From a virus (lineage: Duplodnaviria > Caudoviricetes), in the IMG/VR virus record IMGVR_UViG_3300031088_000782, positions 245,535 through 309,534 of that record: DNA of 64,000 bases. One strand, 5' to 3'. The position numbers and the translations under genes were made by a program. Shown here one piece after another: positions 1-9,875 of this stretch (within the stretch, counting starts at the first letter, position 1; each line of letters opens with the position of its first letter). Under the pieces are notes generated by a model, which did no database searches, was not told the origin of the DNA, and worked only from the letters and a program-made list of their open reading frames with translations.

Positions 1-1
1 A

Positions 2-376
2 TCAAAAGGAGAACAAGAAGTAAGAAAATTTGCCGAAAATATTCTTCAAGAAAAATCCTTAAACAACAACAGAAAAATAATAACTCCTTACGAACTTGAC
101 ATATATTTCCCTGAAAAGAAAATCGCTATTGAATTTAATGGTACCTACTGGCACAGCGATATTCAAATACGGAAATCAAGAAACATGTCAGCTGAAGATT
201 ATCACAGTCATAAAATAGACAAATGTAGAGAAAAAGACATTATTTTACTCATTGTTTGGCAAGACGATTGGGAGAGCAATGCAGATATTGTTAAAAGAGA
301 CATTGAAAAAGCCTTGTTGAATAACAAAATTTCTTCAATGTTGAGAAAAACAATTAACGGGGAAAAAGAGGAGTAA
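2..376 (+). CDS. Vsr/DUF559-like PD-(D/E)XK endonuclease domain, 5'-truncated by window edge
   Basis: Frame of ORF 185..376 is open from base 2: SKGEQEV...ELDIYFPEKKIAIEFNGTYWHS...YH..K..KC.EKDIILL.VWQDDW, typical of phage Vsr-like/homing nucleases. Confidence 0.75.
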   Translation, partial: SKGEQEVRKFAENILQEKSLNNNRKIITPYELDIYFPEKKIAIEFNGTYWHSDIQIRKSRNMSAEDYHSHKIDKCREKDIILLIVWQDDWESNADIVKRDIEKALLNNKISSMLRKTINGEKEE

Positions 377-377
377 A

Positions 378-857
378 ATGTCTGATAGATACGTTTATAC
401 TGCCAACATGACGAACTTCTTTTCAAGAGAATTATATATGTATAGCCTCGGTGACATTAAATTCAAAAAACCGATTTCGTTGAAAAAGGTAGCTTATACA
501 ACTGCTTTCGTAATTATTTGGACACTTCCTATTATACTTATTTTTGGAATTCAGCTTAATCCATTCTATTTTGCTATTGTGCTTTTGCCGCCTTTTGTTT
601 TGGGTAATTTTGCTGCTAAGCCTGTATGGGGCGGTAGAGGATTAGTTGATTTTATTAAAACTTTGAGTGGATTCATTGCTGAACCTAAAGGGTGGACGGA
701 TTTGAATGCTACTAATGTATTAGATAAAGAAGTTCTATTCATTGAACAAGAAATTTGGATAAGCCGACGAAGAGAATTGTATCTTCTTGCTCAACTGAAA
801 GAGCAGAAAGAGCGTGAGTCTGGAAAAATCAAACCCCGAAAGAAATTGAGAAAGTGA
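378..857 (+). CDS. TcpE-family conjugal transfer membrane protein
   Basis: ELYMYSLGDIKFKKPISLKK, two TM helices, GGRGLVDFI...EPK; directly upstream of a VirB4-like ATPase as in Tcp/Tn916-type systems. Confidence 0.7.
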   Translation: MSDRYVYTANMTNFFSRELYMYSLGDIKFKKPISLKKVAYTTAFVIIWTLPIILIFGIQLNPFYFAIVLLPPFVLGNFAAKPVWGGRGLVDFIKTLSGFIAEPKGWTDLNATNVLDKEVLFIEQEIWISRRRELYLLAQLKEQKERESGKIKPRKKLRK

Positions 858-863
858 TAAAGC

Positions 864-2060
864 ATGGCAAACAAGTTTAATTATTCAACAAGTATGTTTA
901 TTGGAACTACGACTAATGGTATTGAAATGCCTGTATTCTTTGATACTCATACTCCTATCTTCAACAACAACCCGCCTGGAATACTTATTACAGGTCAACC
1001 GGGTTCTGGTAAAACATTCTTGGCTATGACTTTGACAGCTATTTGTGCAATTATTGGAAAAATCACAGTAGTGCTTGACCCTAAAGGTGATTTTCTTGCT
1101 CTCAATGAAATTAAAGAAGATGTTGGAGATATAAGTTTCTGGAATCTGGCAGATAGGAGACAAAAGGGAATATTAGATCCTTTTTATATGGCTGATGATA
1201 AGGGTGATCAATTGGATCTTGTTCTCAGTGTTATTGACATGTTTGTGGGAGGTTTGACTGGCGATCAGTTGACTCACCTTTCTCCTGTTGTCAAAGATGT
1301 TCAAGAAATGCATGTTCCCTCTCTTTTGGCGGTTACGGATGCTTTACAGACTTCGCCTCATTCAATAGCTAGAAATTTGGGAGCGCATTTGGATCTTGTT
1401 AGAAGATTACCTTTTGCTGATTTGTGTTTCGCACCTGGTTCAAGGAAGAGAAAAAACGTTAAGTTTGATAGTGGTGTTACTGTTATTACATTGATTGGTC
1501 TTGAACTTACTCCTGAGTCGGACAATAATAATGTCAGCCAAACTAACGCAAATAAGAAACGACTTTCTTCAGCTATTTTCTTTCTTTTGACAGACTTTAT
1601 TCGAAGAATCATGTACAATGATACTTCTGATAGTCCAAAAACTTTAATTATTGACGAAGCATGGGCTGTTTTATCTACCCCTGCTGGTGCTGAATGCATT
1701 AAATCGGTTGCCCGTCTTGGTCGTTCTAAGCGCCTTGCTATGATTCTTGTTACTCAAAACAATTCAGATGTGAAAAAGATGAGTATTGAAAACACAATTA
1801 CAACACGTTTTGCTTTTAAAACAGATCCAACTGAGGCTTCTGACATTGTTGAAGGTATGCAGCTTCCTATTGGGGAAAGTTTTGAGAATGCTCTTATAGG
1901 TTTGAATAATGGAGAATGCCTGTTCAAGGACTTCCAGGGGCGTTATTCTACTATACAGATCAGCGATTGGCGTAGAAGCTGGACTGAAGCGTTTGAAACT
2001 AATCCTCTTGAAAAAATGCGAGCACAAAAGAAAAAACAAGCGTTGGCAAAGAATAAGTAG
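864..2060 (+). CDS. VirB4/TcpF-like conjugation ATPase (ATPase domain only, 398 aa)
   Basis: Walker A GQPGSGKT, LDPKGD, Walker B IIDEAW, ARLGRS, LVTQN. Confidence 0.8.
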   Translation: MANKFNYSTSMFIGTTTNGIEMPVFFDTHTPIFNNNPPGILITGQPGSGKTFLAMTLTAICAIIGKITVVLDPKGDFLALNEIKEDVGDISFWNLADRRQKGILDPFYMADDKGDQLDLVLSVIDMFVGGLTGDQLTHLSPVVKDVQEMHVPSLLAVTDALQTSPHSIARNLGAHLDLVRRLPFADLCFAPGSRKRKNVKFDSGVTVITLIGLELTPESDNNNVSQTNANKKRLSSAIFFLLTDFIRRIMYNDTSDSPKTLIIDEAWAVLSTPAGAECIKSVARLGRSKRLAMILVTQNNSDVKKMSIENTITTRFAFKTDPTEASDIVEGMQLPIGESFENALIGLNNGECLFKDFQGRYSTIQISDWRRSWTEAFETNPLEKMRAQKKKQALAKNK

Positions 2061-2137
2061 ATTCTGATATTCCTTTATGGAACAAGAACCACAACTACCA
2101 CTTTATAGCTATTTTATGTAGGAAGGAATTGCTGAGT

Positions 2138-3031
2138 ATGGCATCTAAAGGAAAGAAAGGTCTGAAAAGTAACGGACTGATTCTCATAGCAATAGGCGTA
2201 GTATCTCTTATTCTGTTTGGAGTCGTTTTCTCAGTAGCTTCGAAACTATTTCAGACAGAAACATATTACGTTCTTAAACAAGACGTTCCGACGAGAACAC
2301 AGGTAACAGAAGAAATGCTTGAACCTGTTGTTACATCTGAGGGAACAGCACCAGAAGCAGCTATCGGTTTAGCTGACGTTCAGACAGGAAATGTTTACAC
2401 CCAATACCCACTTCTGTCAGGAGATATTCTTACTATGTCTAATGTTGGAGCAATGGAAGACATTTCTGTTGGTATTCCTGATACTTGGGTTATCACAAAC
2501 TTCTCAGTAAACGCGGATGATGCTGTTGGCGGAAGAATCCAAAGAGGAACATATTTTGACATTATGGTCACATCCGATGATGGTTCATTCTATCCTTTTG
2601 TCAATGTTCTTGCACTTGACACAACAGTAGATCTCAGCAATGCATCCTCTTCTGAAGCTGCTGATTCCGAAGAGGCACATGAAGGACAAACCTCACAATA
2701 TGTTGTTGGTATGTCTCCTGAAAATGCCGCTAAATTACAAAACATTGTCAAAAAGTACAACAATGACATCAAACTCGTTCTTTCACCAAGACAGAATGAA
2801 TACGAGAAACCACAACTTGCTTCTTACAGCGGTAACTTCAAGTTTGCATCAGGTGACGAAACTATTGCACCAGGACAAGGTGAAGATGGAGAGCAAACTG
2901 ACTACACATTCACTGATGTTGAACGTGATGCATTCGGAAGACCAGTTGAGAAACTTGAAAACTGTTCATCAGGAAACTCAAAGGTTGCTGGTGAAGATTG
3001 TAAAGACAGTGAAACACAATCTGATGAGTAA
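2138..3031 (+). CDS. CpaB/RcpC-like pilus assembly protein (TM + SAF domain)
   Basis: N-terminal TM; SAF-like YYVLKQDVPTRTQVTEEML...PLLSGDILT; RcpC-like VNADDAVGGRIQRGTYFDIMV. Confidence 0.75.
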   Translation: MASKGKKGLKSNGLILIAIGVVSLILFGVVFSVASKLFQTETYYVLKQDVPTRTQVTEEMLEPVVTSEGTAPEAAIGLADVQTGNVYTQYPLLSGDILTMSNVGAMEDISVGIPDTWVITNFSVNADDAVGGRIQRGTYFDIMVTSDDGSFYPFVNVLALDTTVDLSNASSSEAADSEEAHEGQTSQYVVGMSPENAAKLQNIVKKYNNDIKLVLSPRQNEYEKPQLASYSGNFKFASGDETIAPGQGEDGEQTDYTFTDVERDAFGRPVEKLENCSSGNSKVAGEDCKDSETQSDE

Positions 3032-3050
3032 TAGTTTAGATTAAGCAATA

Positions 3051-3103
3051 AAAACCATAGGGCTGTAGTAGGTTTGGAAACATTCATACAGCCCTATGGT
3101 TTT
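3051..3103. terminator. 16-bp IR, 21-nt loop
   Basis: aaaaccatagggctgt/acagccctatggtttt after CpaB-like gene. Confidence 0.7.
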
Positions 3104-3252
3104 GTCTGAAAATACTATTCTGATATTAAAACATGGAAGCGTGAAAACTTCTAAATGAAAACCAAAAATAATTATTTCTTCGTCTACCACCACGAAGAAG
3201 AGGGTAAGATTATTCAGTAGATCACCCAACTTCTGAAAGAAAAGGGAAAAAC

Positions 3253-4608
3253 ATGCCAGTACGTCCAAAAGCAATATTTGTAGGGCCAGCAAAGCTTGGC
3301 GAACATTTAGAGAAATTGAGAAAAGGCTGGGACTTCGTTAGCATTGTGCCAGATATCGCAAGTCTTTGGAACGGCCTCAACAACCAGACTATTGATGACA
3401 ATGTTCAGGTAATAATAACCTTAGACGGATTCTTCAAACCAGATTCGGAAGAAGATTCATCATTTGAGCAGTTAGTTGCCATGATGTCCCCCCATTGTTT
3501 CTTCTTAATTGTGTCTTATATGCCAGAATACGAAAGCCAAATGAGATCAAGAATCAGCTCAGAGTCTCATGCTGTCGGAAATGGTGGAAATGAAGAATAC
3601 TTTTTCGTTGACCCAAAACGTCCCAACCTGACAATCGACAGAGCACTTGCAGAATATATTAAAAACACTGAAAACAAAGAAGTAGCCGCTATTCTTGATG
3701 GAAGAGAAATAGAGCAAGATCCCGCTACACAAGAACTGCAAGAAGTTCAACCAGCTCCTGTAGCCACAGATTATAACTTTGATGACATTGAAAGTGACAA
3801 GTTGGGACAGGTTGTTGCTATCACATCAAGTAAAGGTGGATCCGGCAAGTCTACTGTTGCAACAACCTTAGCAACATATTTAGCTCATTCTTCAATCAAC
3901 TCCGTTAAAGAAGGACTAGAAGAAAAGCCACTCAAAATCTGTATTCTCGACTTGGACGTTAGGGACGGTCAGATTGGATTCTTAACAGGAAACCTTCAGC
4001 CTACAGTTCTTCATATGAGATCGCATGGTATTGATCCTCAAACTCTCAGTGAAACAATCATTTACAGTGAAAGACTGAAAGTAGATTTGCTATTAGCACC
4101 TAAAAGACCAAGACTTTCAGATGATACTCCAGCTGAATTCTACTTAGAACTTATTCAATTTTTGAAACGATTCTATGATTATGTCATTTTGGATACTTCT
4201 GTGAACTATCTTGATCCATTATTGGAGAAAGTTGCTTATCCGATTGCAGATCAAATTATTTTCGTTTCAGACATTGTTGTTCATTCTGTTTATTCAATGA
4301 CACGATGGATTCAAGAGGTTACAAAACCTAAGAGTCAGCAGGGAATGGGAATAGACAAAAAGAAAATCGGTATTGTTGTCAATAAATCAATGGCGAACAT
4401 CAGCATGTCAGGCGAAAAAATCGCTAAAAGTGCACTTGGTCTCCCAGTTCTGACAGTTATACCAAACAACGCTAAACTTTTGGCACACGCAGCTAACCTT
4501 CAGTCAATGGAGCAAGTTCTGAGACATGCAGATATCAAAAACTCTATCAGGCTATTAGCGCGTCGTATCGTCGGTAAAAAATATAAACTTACTGATAACG
4601 TGTCATAA
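3253..4608 (+). CDS. CpaE/TadZ-MinD/ParA-family ATPase with N-terminal receiver-like domain
   Basis: Deviant Walker A SSKGGSGKST, ILDLDVRDG, YDYVILDTS, IGIVVNK; follows CpaB-like gene. Confidence 0.75.
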   Translation: MPVRPKAIFVGPAKLGEHLEKLRKGWDFVSIVPDIASLWNGLNNQTIDDNVQVIITLDGFFKPDSEEDSSFEQLVAMMSPHCFFLIVSYMPEYESQMRSRISSESHAVGNGGNEEYFFVDPKRPNLTIDRALAEYIKNTENKEVAAILDGREIEQDPATQELQEVQPAPVATDYNFDDIESDKLGQVVAITSSKGGSGKSTVATTLATYLAHSSINSVKEGLEEKPLKICILDLDVRDGQIGFLTGNLQPTVLHMRSHGIDPQTLSETIIYSERLKVDLLLAPKRPRLSDDTPAEFYLELIQFLKRFYDYVILDTSVNYLDPLLEKVAYPIADQIIFVSDIVVHSVYSMTRWIQEVTKPKSQQGMGIDKKKIGIVVNKSMANISMSGEKIAKSALGLPVLTVIPNNAKLLAHAANLQSMEQVLRHADIKNSIRLLARRIVGKKYKLTDNVS

Positions 4609-4640
4609 CAGATTTTCCCTCTTAACGGGCGGAAAAACAC

Positions 4641-4686
4641 ACAACACAGGTTCCTAGTGGTAGGGGAGCCTGTGTTGTTTTTTTTT
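4641..4686 (+). terminator. hairpin + T tract
   Basis: acaacacaggttcc/ggagcctgtgttgt-T tract after CpaE-like gene. Confidence 0.75.
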
Positions 4687-4781
4687 ATTCCCTCTTTTAT
4701 CAACACCAGTAGACAAAATTTTATAAACATTATAGAAAGCACTTATAAGGCACAGAGACATTCTACAAAAGGACAGCTGAC

Positions 4782-5990
4782 ATGGGCAAATTTCACATTA
4801 ATGACAAAGATGAAGTAAAACCATGTAAAGCAACTATCAAAAAATGTAAATTTGGAGATAAGAAACATTTTTCAACAATTCATGAAGCAGAACAAGAATT
4901 AGTAGAAAATTTTAACAATAAAACTATAAAAACTCTATCAAAGATCAAACCTGACACTTTATCTGCAAACATCAGTAAAAACTACTCTCATTTGTCAATA
5001 ATCTTCGACCACATGCACAACAGCGGCCACACAGGAAACGAACTTGAACAGTACTATTACAATTCCCCTGCTGGAAGGTTAGAACTTGAAAGAAGAACAG
5101 GAAAAGGGAATAACATAGACAAAACTTATATAAAAATAAAAGAAATAATTGACGATCCTGAATTCCAACCAATTGACACAAAAATTAACGAAAACAAACT
5201 TAATGAATCAATTCAAACAGGTTATGAAAGTTTTTCTGAAAAGTTTGGCGAAAAAGACAAAGAATTAGATTACGAATACAGCGATATTGATCCTAAAACA
5301 AATGAAATGAGACATGCTTTAGTGGAAGAATCTCACAAGTGGTATCTTAATCTTTCAACAGAACAGCAGGAAGCTATTTCCGAACTTACATCATCAGGAT
5401 TTGAAAAACTTCAATATGCTCATGGAATCAAAACAAATTCACCAGCAAATTTTATTTTTGACACAGACATAGATATAGATGAATTTTATGAAACTTATGA
5501 TGGAAATGATTTTAAAGAAGAACTCAATAGAAGATTCTCATCAATAGGAGATGAATACAAGAAAAATATTGATGAAGCTTTTAAACATACCCCCAAACTT
5601 GAAAAACCTATCATAACATACCGAGGAACAAGTTTAGAAGAAATCAAAGAAATAGCAGGATTCGATTCAGAAACAGATGACAAACAATTCACAGAAAAAA
5701 TGTTAAATGGAGAACTCGATAATCAGAATATTAGTGAAAAATCTAGATTAGCTAATTTACCTATTTCTTCAACAGTTTCAACAAACATTGCTAAAAGATT
5801 CGGTAAAGGAATATATTTAGAAATTAAACGTCACACATCAAGCAGTCCTGTATTGAACAGCGCATGGGGAAGCTACGAACAAGAATTTTTGACAAACCCG
5901 AACAGTAAATACAAAATAATCGAAGCAGTAGAAAGTCAAAATAAAAGAGACAAAGGATTGATCGTTCGAATAGAAGAAATAGCTAATTGA
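4782..5990 (+). CDS. R-S-E type ADP-ribosyltransferase (VIP2/Alt-like) with N-terminal His/Cys module
   Basis: ITYRGT, ISSTVS, SYEQEFL motifs; N-term FHIN..DEVKPCKATIKKCKFG...HFST..EA. Confidence 0.7.
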   Translation: MGKFHINDKDEVKPCKATIKKCKFGDKKHFSTIHEAEQELVENFNNKTIKTLSKIKPDTLSANISKNYSHLSIIFDHMHNSGHTGNELEQYYYNSPAGRLELERRTGKGNNIDKTYIKIKEIIDDPEFQPIDTKINENKLNESIQTGYESFSEKFGEKDKELDYEYSDIDPKTNEMRHALVEESHKWYLNLSTEQQEAISELTSSGFEKLQYAHGIKTNSPANFIFDTDIDIDEFYETYDGNDFKEELNRRFSSIGDEYKKNIDEAFKHTPKLEKPIITYRGTSLEEIKEIAGFDSETDDKQFTEKMLNGELDNQNISEKSRLANLPISSTVSTNIAKRFGKGIYLEIKRHTSSSPVLNSAWGSYEQEFLTNPNSKYKIIEAVESQNKRDKGLIVRIEEIAN

Positions 5991-6038
5991 ATAAAAACTA
6001 TCCTAATTTTTAAAATTAAATAATTTTTTAGAATAATT

Positions 6039-6101
6039 AAAATAGAGCAGATAGACATTAGAAGAATAATAATCCTTCACAACGCTCATCTGCTCTATTT
6101 T
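6039..6101. terminator. 14-bp IR, 35-nt loop
   Basis: aaaatagagcagat/atctgctctatttt between convergent genes. Confidence 0.6.
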
Positions 6102-6125
6102 TAATGGTTTTTAGGGAATTTTTAA

Positions 6126-6253
6126 ATTCTTAAAACTCATTCTCTAACGGCATTCAAAAACGCCGCATAAAACCTTGCTTATTTCAGGTATAAAAAGGTT
6201 ATTTTTAAAGGGATTTTCTAAAAACCTTATTTTCCCTATCCCGGTACTAAAAA
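6126..6253 (+). repeat. Degenerate copy A of dispersed ~120-bp repeat
   Basis: GCATAAAACC core, then GATTTTC..AAAACC.T.TTTT...TATC.C.GTA.T.AAA aligned by eye with copy C. Confidence 0.6.
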
Positions 6254-6305
6254 CAGAAAAATTTCTCTCAAAATTCATTATGGAACTTTCAGCAAAATAA
6301 ATTCT

Positions 6306-7940
6306 TCAATTGTCCATTTCATTTTCAAGCATCAAAGGAAGCATCAGAACAGGATTGATCTCAGCGTCAAAAAGATCACTGTCCAGAGCATTATGCCATT
6401 CTTGGAAGCTCGGGAAAGTTTCAATAGATAAAATATACATCATATTAAAAAATTCAACACATGATTTAAACCATTCATCACTGTTATCTTTAGACAAAAT
6501 TTTAATAAAAATATCCAAACTATTATCAATATTGCTTGCCATGCTTCCAAAAACAACATTCTTCATATTTTCTTTACTCTGATAATTTAAAATAAAATCA
6601 TCTTTAAAGCTCATATCTTTTCTATTAGAGTAGTTAACATAAGAAAAGCTAATAGTTTTGTCATCATTTATCTTCTGTTTTTTAATACTGACGAAATTAT
6701 AAAGAAAAACAAGATTAAATACATTATAAAGATCCTCAGCAGAAACACAGTCCTTCTTTCTATATATCTCTTTCAGAAATCTCACAGCTAAAAAAGAATA
6801 ATTCTCATCATGAAAATAATCAAGATCGTGCTTTTTAAAATATTTATTAAACTTGTTATAGATCTCTTTCAATTCAGAAATAACCTTCTCTTTATTTAAA
6901 TCTGCATCAAAATACATCAAAGCCCACACAGCGTGCCTAGTCCAGTCAAAATGAGAACTGTAACTACCGCGCTCAAAGAAATCAAACGCAAACATCTCCT
7001 TACTAGAAAGATAAATACTCGAATCAACATACATATGTTCAACCATTTCAATAAAACTATCAAACATATTATTATCTTCTTTATTTTCGTATGCATCTAC
7101 ACGACTACGAAACCAAACAATCTCTTCATAAGCTTTCTCATTAAAACGAGAAACGGCTTTATCCAAATCAATACGAGAAAGTTCAGAAAATGATTCACAA
7201 AACTTTAACAAAAAATTTCGTGAATAATTACTATCTGCAGGCTTAAACCCATAACCAATATAACGACTCAAACGCTCAAGAGAAGAAGTAATAAAATAAA
7301 AGCCATCTGCATTTTCTTTTGAGAGATTTGGAACAAGAAGCCGATTATTCAAATGATCATAATAATCTTTGTAATAGACACAAGAATAAGATTTTTTCGA
7401 ATCTTCTACATAATCAACAGTAAAGTTTTCGCCAACAAAATCTTTGTCAATGATTCCTTTAACCAAAGCGAACTGAGTGACAGTATAATCAAAATCTGAA
7501 AGTATAGCCTCCGGAGATCCAAAATTTTTGCGCACCAAATCAATTGTCACATTATAAAAATAATCATAGAACCCAATAGAATTTTCCGTGTCATATTTTT
7601 TCTCAAAACCAGGTCTTTCACTAAATAATTTAACAGCATCATTGAAATCCTCTTCGCTCTCAAAGAAAACATCAATATCCTTAATAGCTCTACTTGTCAA
7701 ATAATCCTTAAAAACGCCTCCAGCAATAAAACCTTTATGCCCATCAAGAATGCTCTCAGCAAAAGCACTCACAAACTTCTGCAAATCTTCTTCTTTATCA
7801 TTATCTGTTGTAGCATTATCGGTGTCGGTGTTTCGTTCTACAAGAATTTCAGAGTTATCTTCAGAAATTACTGAAGTACTGAAAGAACAATTCGCATTCA
7901 CAACAACAGAATTCACTCCATAAGACAAGATAGCCTCCAC
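6306..7940 (-). CDS. Nucleotidyltransferase, poly(A) polymerase/CCA-adding head-like, with long C-terminal extension
   Basis: FIAGGVFKD, KDIDVFF, TIDLV, ILSDFDYTVTQFA (GG...DxD and FDxT motifs). Confidence 0.65.
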   Translation of the reverse strand: MEAILSYGVNSVVVNANCSFSTSVISEDNSEILVERNTDTDNATTDNDKEEDLQKFVSAFAESILDGHKGFIAGGVFKDYLTSRAIKDIDVFFESEEDFNDAVKLFSERPGFEKKYDTENSIGFYDYFYNVTIDLVRKNFGSPEAILSDFDYTVTQFALVKGIIDKDFVGENFTVDYVEDSKKSYSCVYYKDYYDHLNNRLLVPNLSKENADGFYFITSSLERLSRYIGYGFKPADSNYSRNFLLKFCESFSELSRIDLDKAVSRFNEKAYEEIVWFRSRVDAYENKEDNNMFDSFIEMVEHMYVDSSIYLSSKEMFAFDFFERGSYSSHFDWTRHAVWALMYFDADLNKEKVISELKEIYNKFNKYFKKHDLDYFHDENYSFLAVRFLKEIYRKKDCVSAEDLYNVFNLVFLYNFVSIKKQKINDDKTISFSYVNYSNRKDMSFKDDFILNYQSKENMKNVVFGSMASNIDNSLDIFIKILSKDNSDEWFKSCVEFFNMMYILSIETFPSFQEWHNALDSDLFDAEINPVLMLPLMLENEMDN

Positions 7941-8090
7941 AATTTCTAAAAATATCTCACAAAAACTTATACAAAAACAATCCTATCATAGAACACAATC
8001 AAAGTCAATGACAGTATTCCCAACTTAATCATTTATCCTTTTGATTGTATTCTTGAACAAACTATCATTTCAACAAATAATAAAAATAGA

Positions 8091-8134
8091 AAAGTCCATA
8101 AGGTATATTATTCGTTATATACCTTATGGACTTT
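8091..8134. terminator. 18-bp IR
   Basis: Downstream of pilT-like gene. Confidence 0.75.
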
Positions 8135-8150
8135 ATTTTTCTAAAAACAT

Positions 8151-9875
8151 TTAACCAAGTTTTTTCAACAATTCGTTAAAACGGATAATGCTTGTGGCTT
8201 GACGGCGAGCAGCGTCTACCTCACATCTATCCTCAGAAACAGCCCTCACCAGAGCATGTTCCATTGTAATCTCACGATCTATCTGATACTGTTTGATCCC
8301 CTCAATGTCAGCATGAAGGATCATTCGTGAAACTTCTTCATCAACATTAAGAATTTCACGAACAGCAAATCTTGACTCGCCATCCTTCGACTGCAATAGA
8401 ACCTGATTAGCAAAACCACGAACATTCTCTGACAATGAACCAAGAATTCGAATCTGATCATCTCCCTGATACAAAGAACGAATACGGTTTACAGTAGCCG
8501 GGGCTGAATTAGTGTGCATAGTCGAAATAGCCAAATGGCCTGTCTCAGCAGCTCTCAACAATTCATTAACCTCAGTCTGATTCCTAACCTCACCAATCAT
8601 TATAATGTCTGGTGCCTGACGCATAGCACTCGTCAAAGCGCCAGCAAAGGTTCGGGTATCTCTACCAACCTCACGTTGAGTAATCAATGCCTTACCCTCT
8701 GTTCCGTACATGAACTCAACAGGTCTCTCAACCGTAATAATCTTACAAGCCCTGTCCATCTGAATCTTATGTATCAAAGAAGCCAAAGTGCTCGATTTTC
8801 CAGTTCCCGTTGGCCCATTCATCATGACCAAACCATTCGGCAAATCACACCAATCAATCAAATCTTGCTCAACACCCAAATCTTCAGGCATAGGAATGAT
8901 GTTACTGATAATACGGAACACCATAGCAAAATCTCCACCATTAGCCTTCAACACAGACAAACGCAAACGTCTCCCCTGATACTTTCCCTTCTTTACGACA
9001 TAAGAAGCATCCAATTCAAGATCCGTAGCAAAATCAGATTGCGCAACATGTGAAGTAATATTTGTGAAAATTCTCTGCACAATAGTAGCAGGAATAATAC
9101 CAAAATCACTCACACGTCGAATGTCACCTAAAACAGTATAAGCAATATAATCATTCGGAGAAATATGAATATCCGAAGCCTTCAAATCAATTCCAAAACC
9201 AATAATCGCATCAATATCAAACCCAGAAAACTCATCCTCAAAATCATCCTCACTCAAATCATAAGCACCAGAGAAAGAATCCTCACTCTCATCCCCATTA
9301 AAAGCAGCATCTAAAATAGAATCAACATCATCCGAAACGGGATCATCACTATCATGCTCATCAATAGTATTCAAAACATTCTCAAACGAATCAAACTGAG
9401 CAGTGTCCTCAATACTATCATCTTCATCAATGTCTAAATCAGTATGAGAATCATAATCAGAATTTTCATAACCTTCATCAAACTCTTCATCAACAGAATC
9501 GTAAGAGCGAGAACGGTAATGTGAATCATAATCATCCTCATTGCCATTCACATCAACATAAAAATCAGGAATACTATGAGCAGATTCTTCGTATTCTCCA
9601 TGCCCCTCATCTTTGACAACATACACATCCTCAACACCAGGCAAAGCATCATCCTCGATCTCATAACCAATAAGATCTTCATTCGGATTACCCTCAATCA
9701 AATCACGAGAATGCTCAAAAGTTCCAGTAGACAAATTGCTCACATCAACATCAAGAGACATCAGATCAAAACTATCCTCATACTCTTCCTCCTCATCAGA
9801 ATCATCTAACAAAGGATTCACAACATCATCCTCATCGTCCAATAAAGGATTCGAGTCATCATTCAGATCATCCAT
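8151..9875 (-). CDS. pilT: PilT/PilU-like type IV pilus ATPase with ~215-aa acidic N-terminal extension
   Basis: ASDIHI, GPTGTGKSST, AMRQAPDIIMIGEVR, AETGHLAISTMHTNSA; RBS AGGAGAG upstream. Confidence 0.8.
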   Translation of the reverse strand: MDDLNDDSNPLLDDEDDVVNPLLDDSDEEEEYEDSFDLMSLDVDVSNLSTGTFEHSRDLIEGNPNEDLIGYEIEDDALPGVEDVYVVKDEGHGEYEESAHSIPDFYVDVNGNEDDYDSHYRSRSYDSVDEEFDEGYENSDYDSHTDLDIDEDDSIEDTAQFDSFENVLNTIDEHDSDDPVSDDVDSILDAAFNGDESEDSFSGAYDLSEDDFEDEFSGFDIDAIIGFGIDLKASDIHISPNDYIAYTVLGDIRRVSDFGIIPATIVQRIFTNITSHVAQSDFATDLELDASYVVKKGKYQGRRLRLSVLKANGGDFAMVFRIISNIIPMPEDLGVEQDLIDWCDLPNGLVMMNGPTGTGKSSTLASLIHKIQMDRACKIITVERPVEFMYGTEGKALITQREVGRDTRTFAGALTSAMRQAPDIIMIGEVRNQTEVNELLRAAETGHLAISTMHTNSAPATVNRIRSLYQGDDQIRILGSLSENVRGFANQVLLQSKDGESRFAVREILNVDEEVSRMILHADIEGIKQYQIDREITMEHALVRAVSEDRCEVDAARRQATSIIRFNELLKKLG

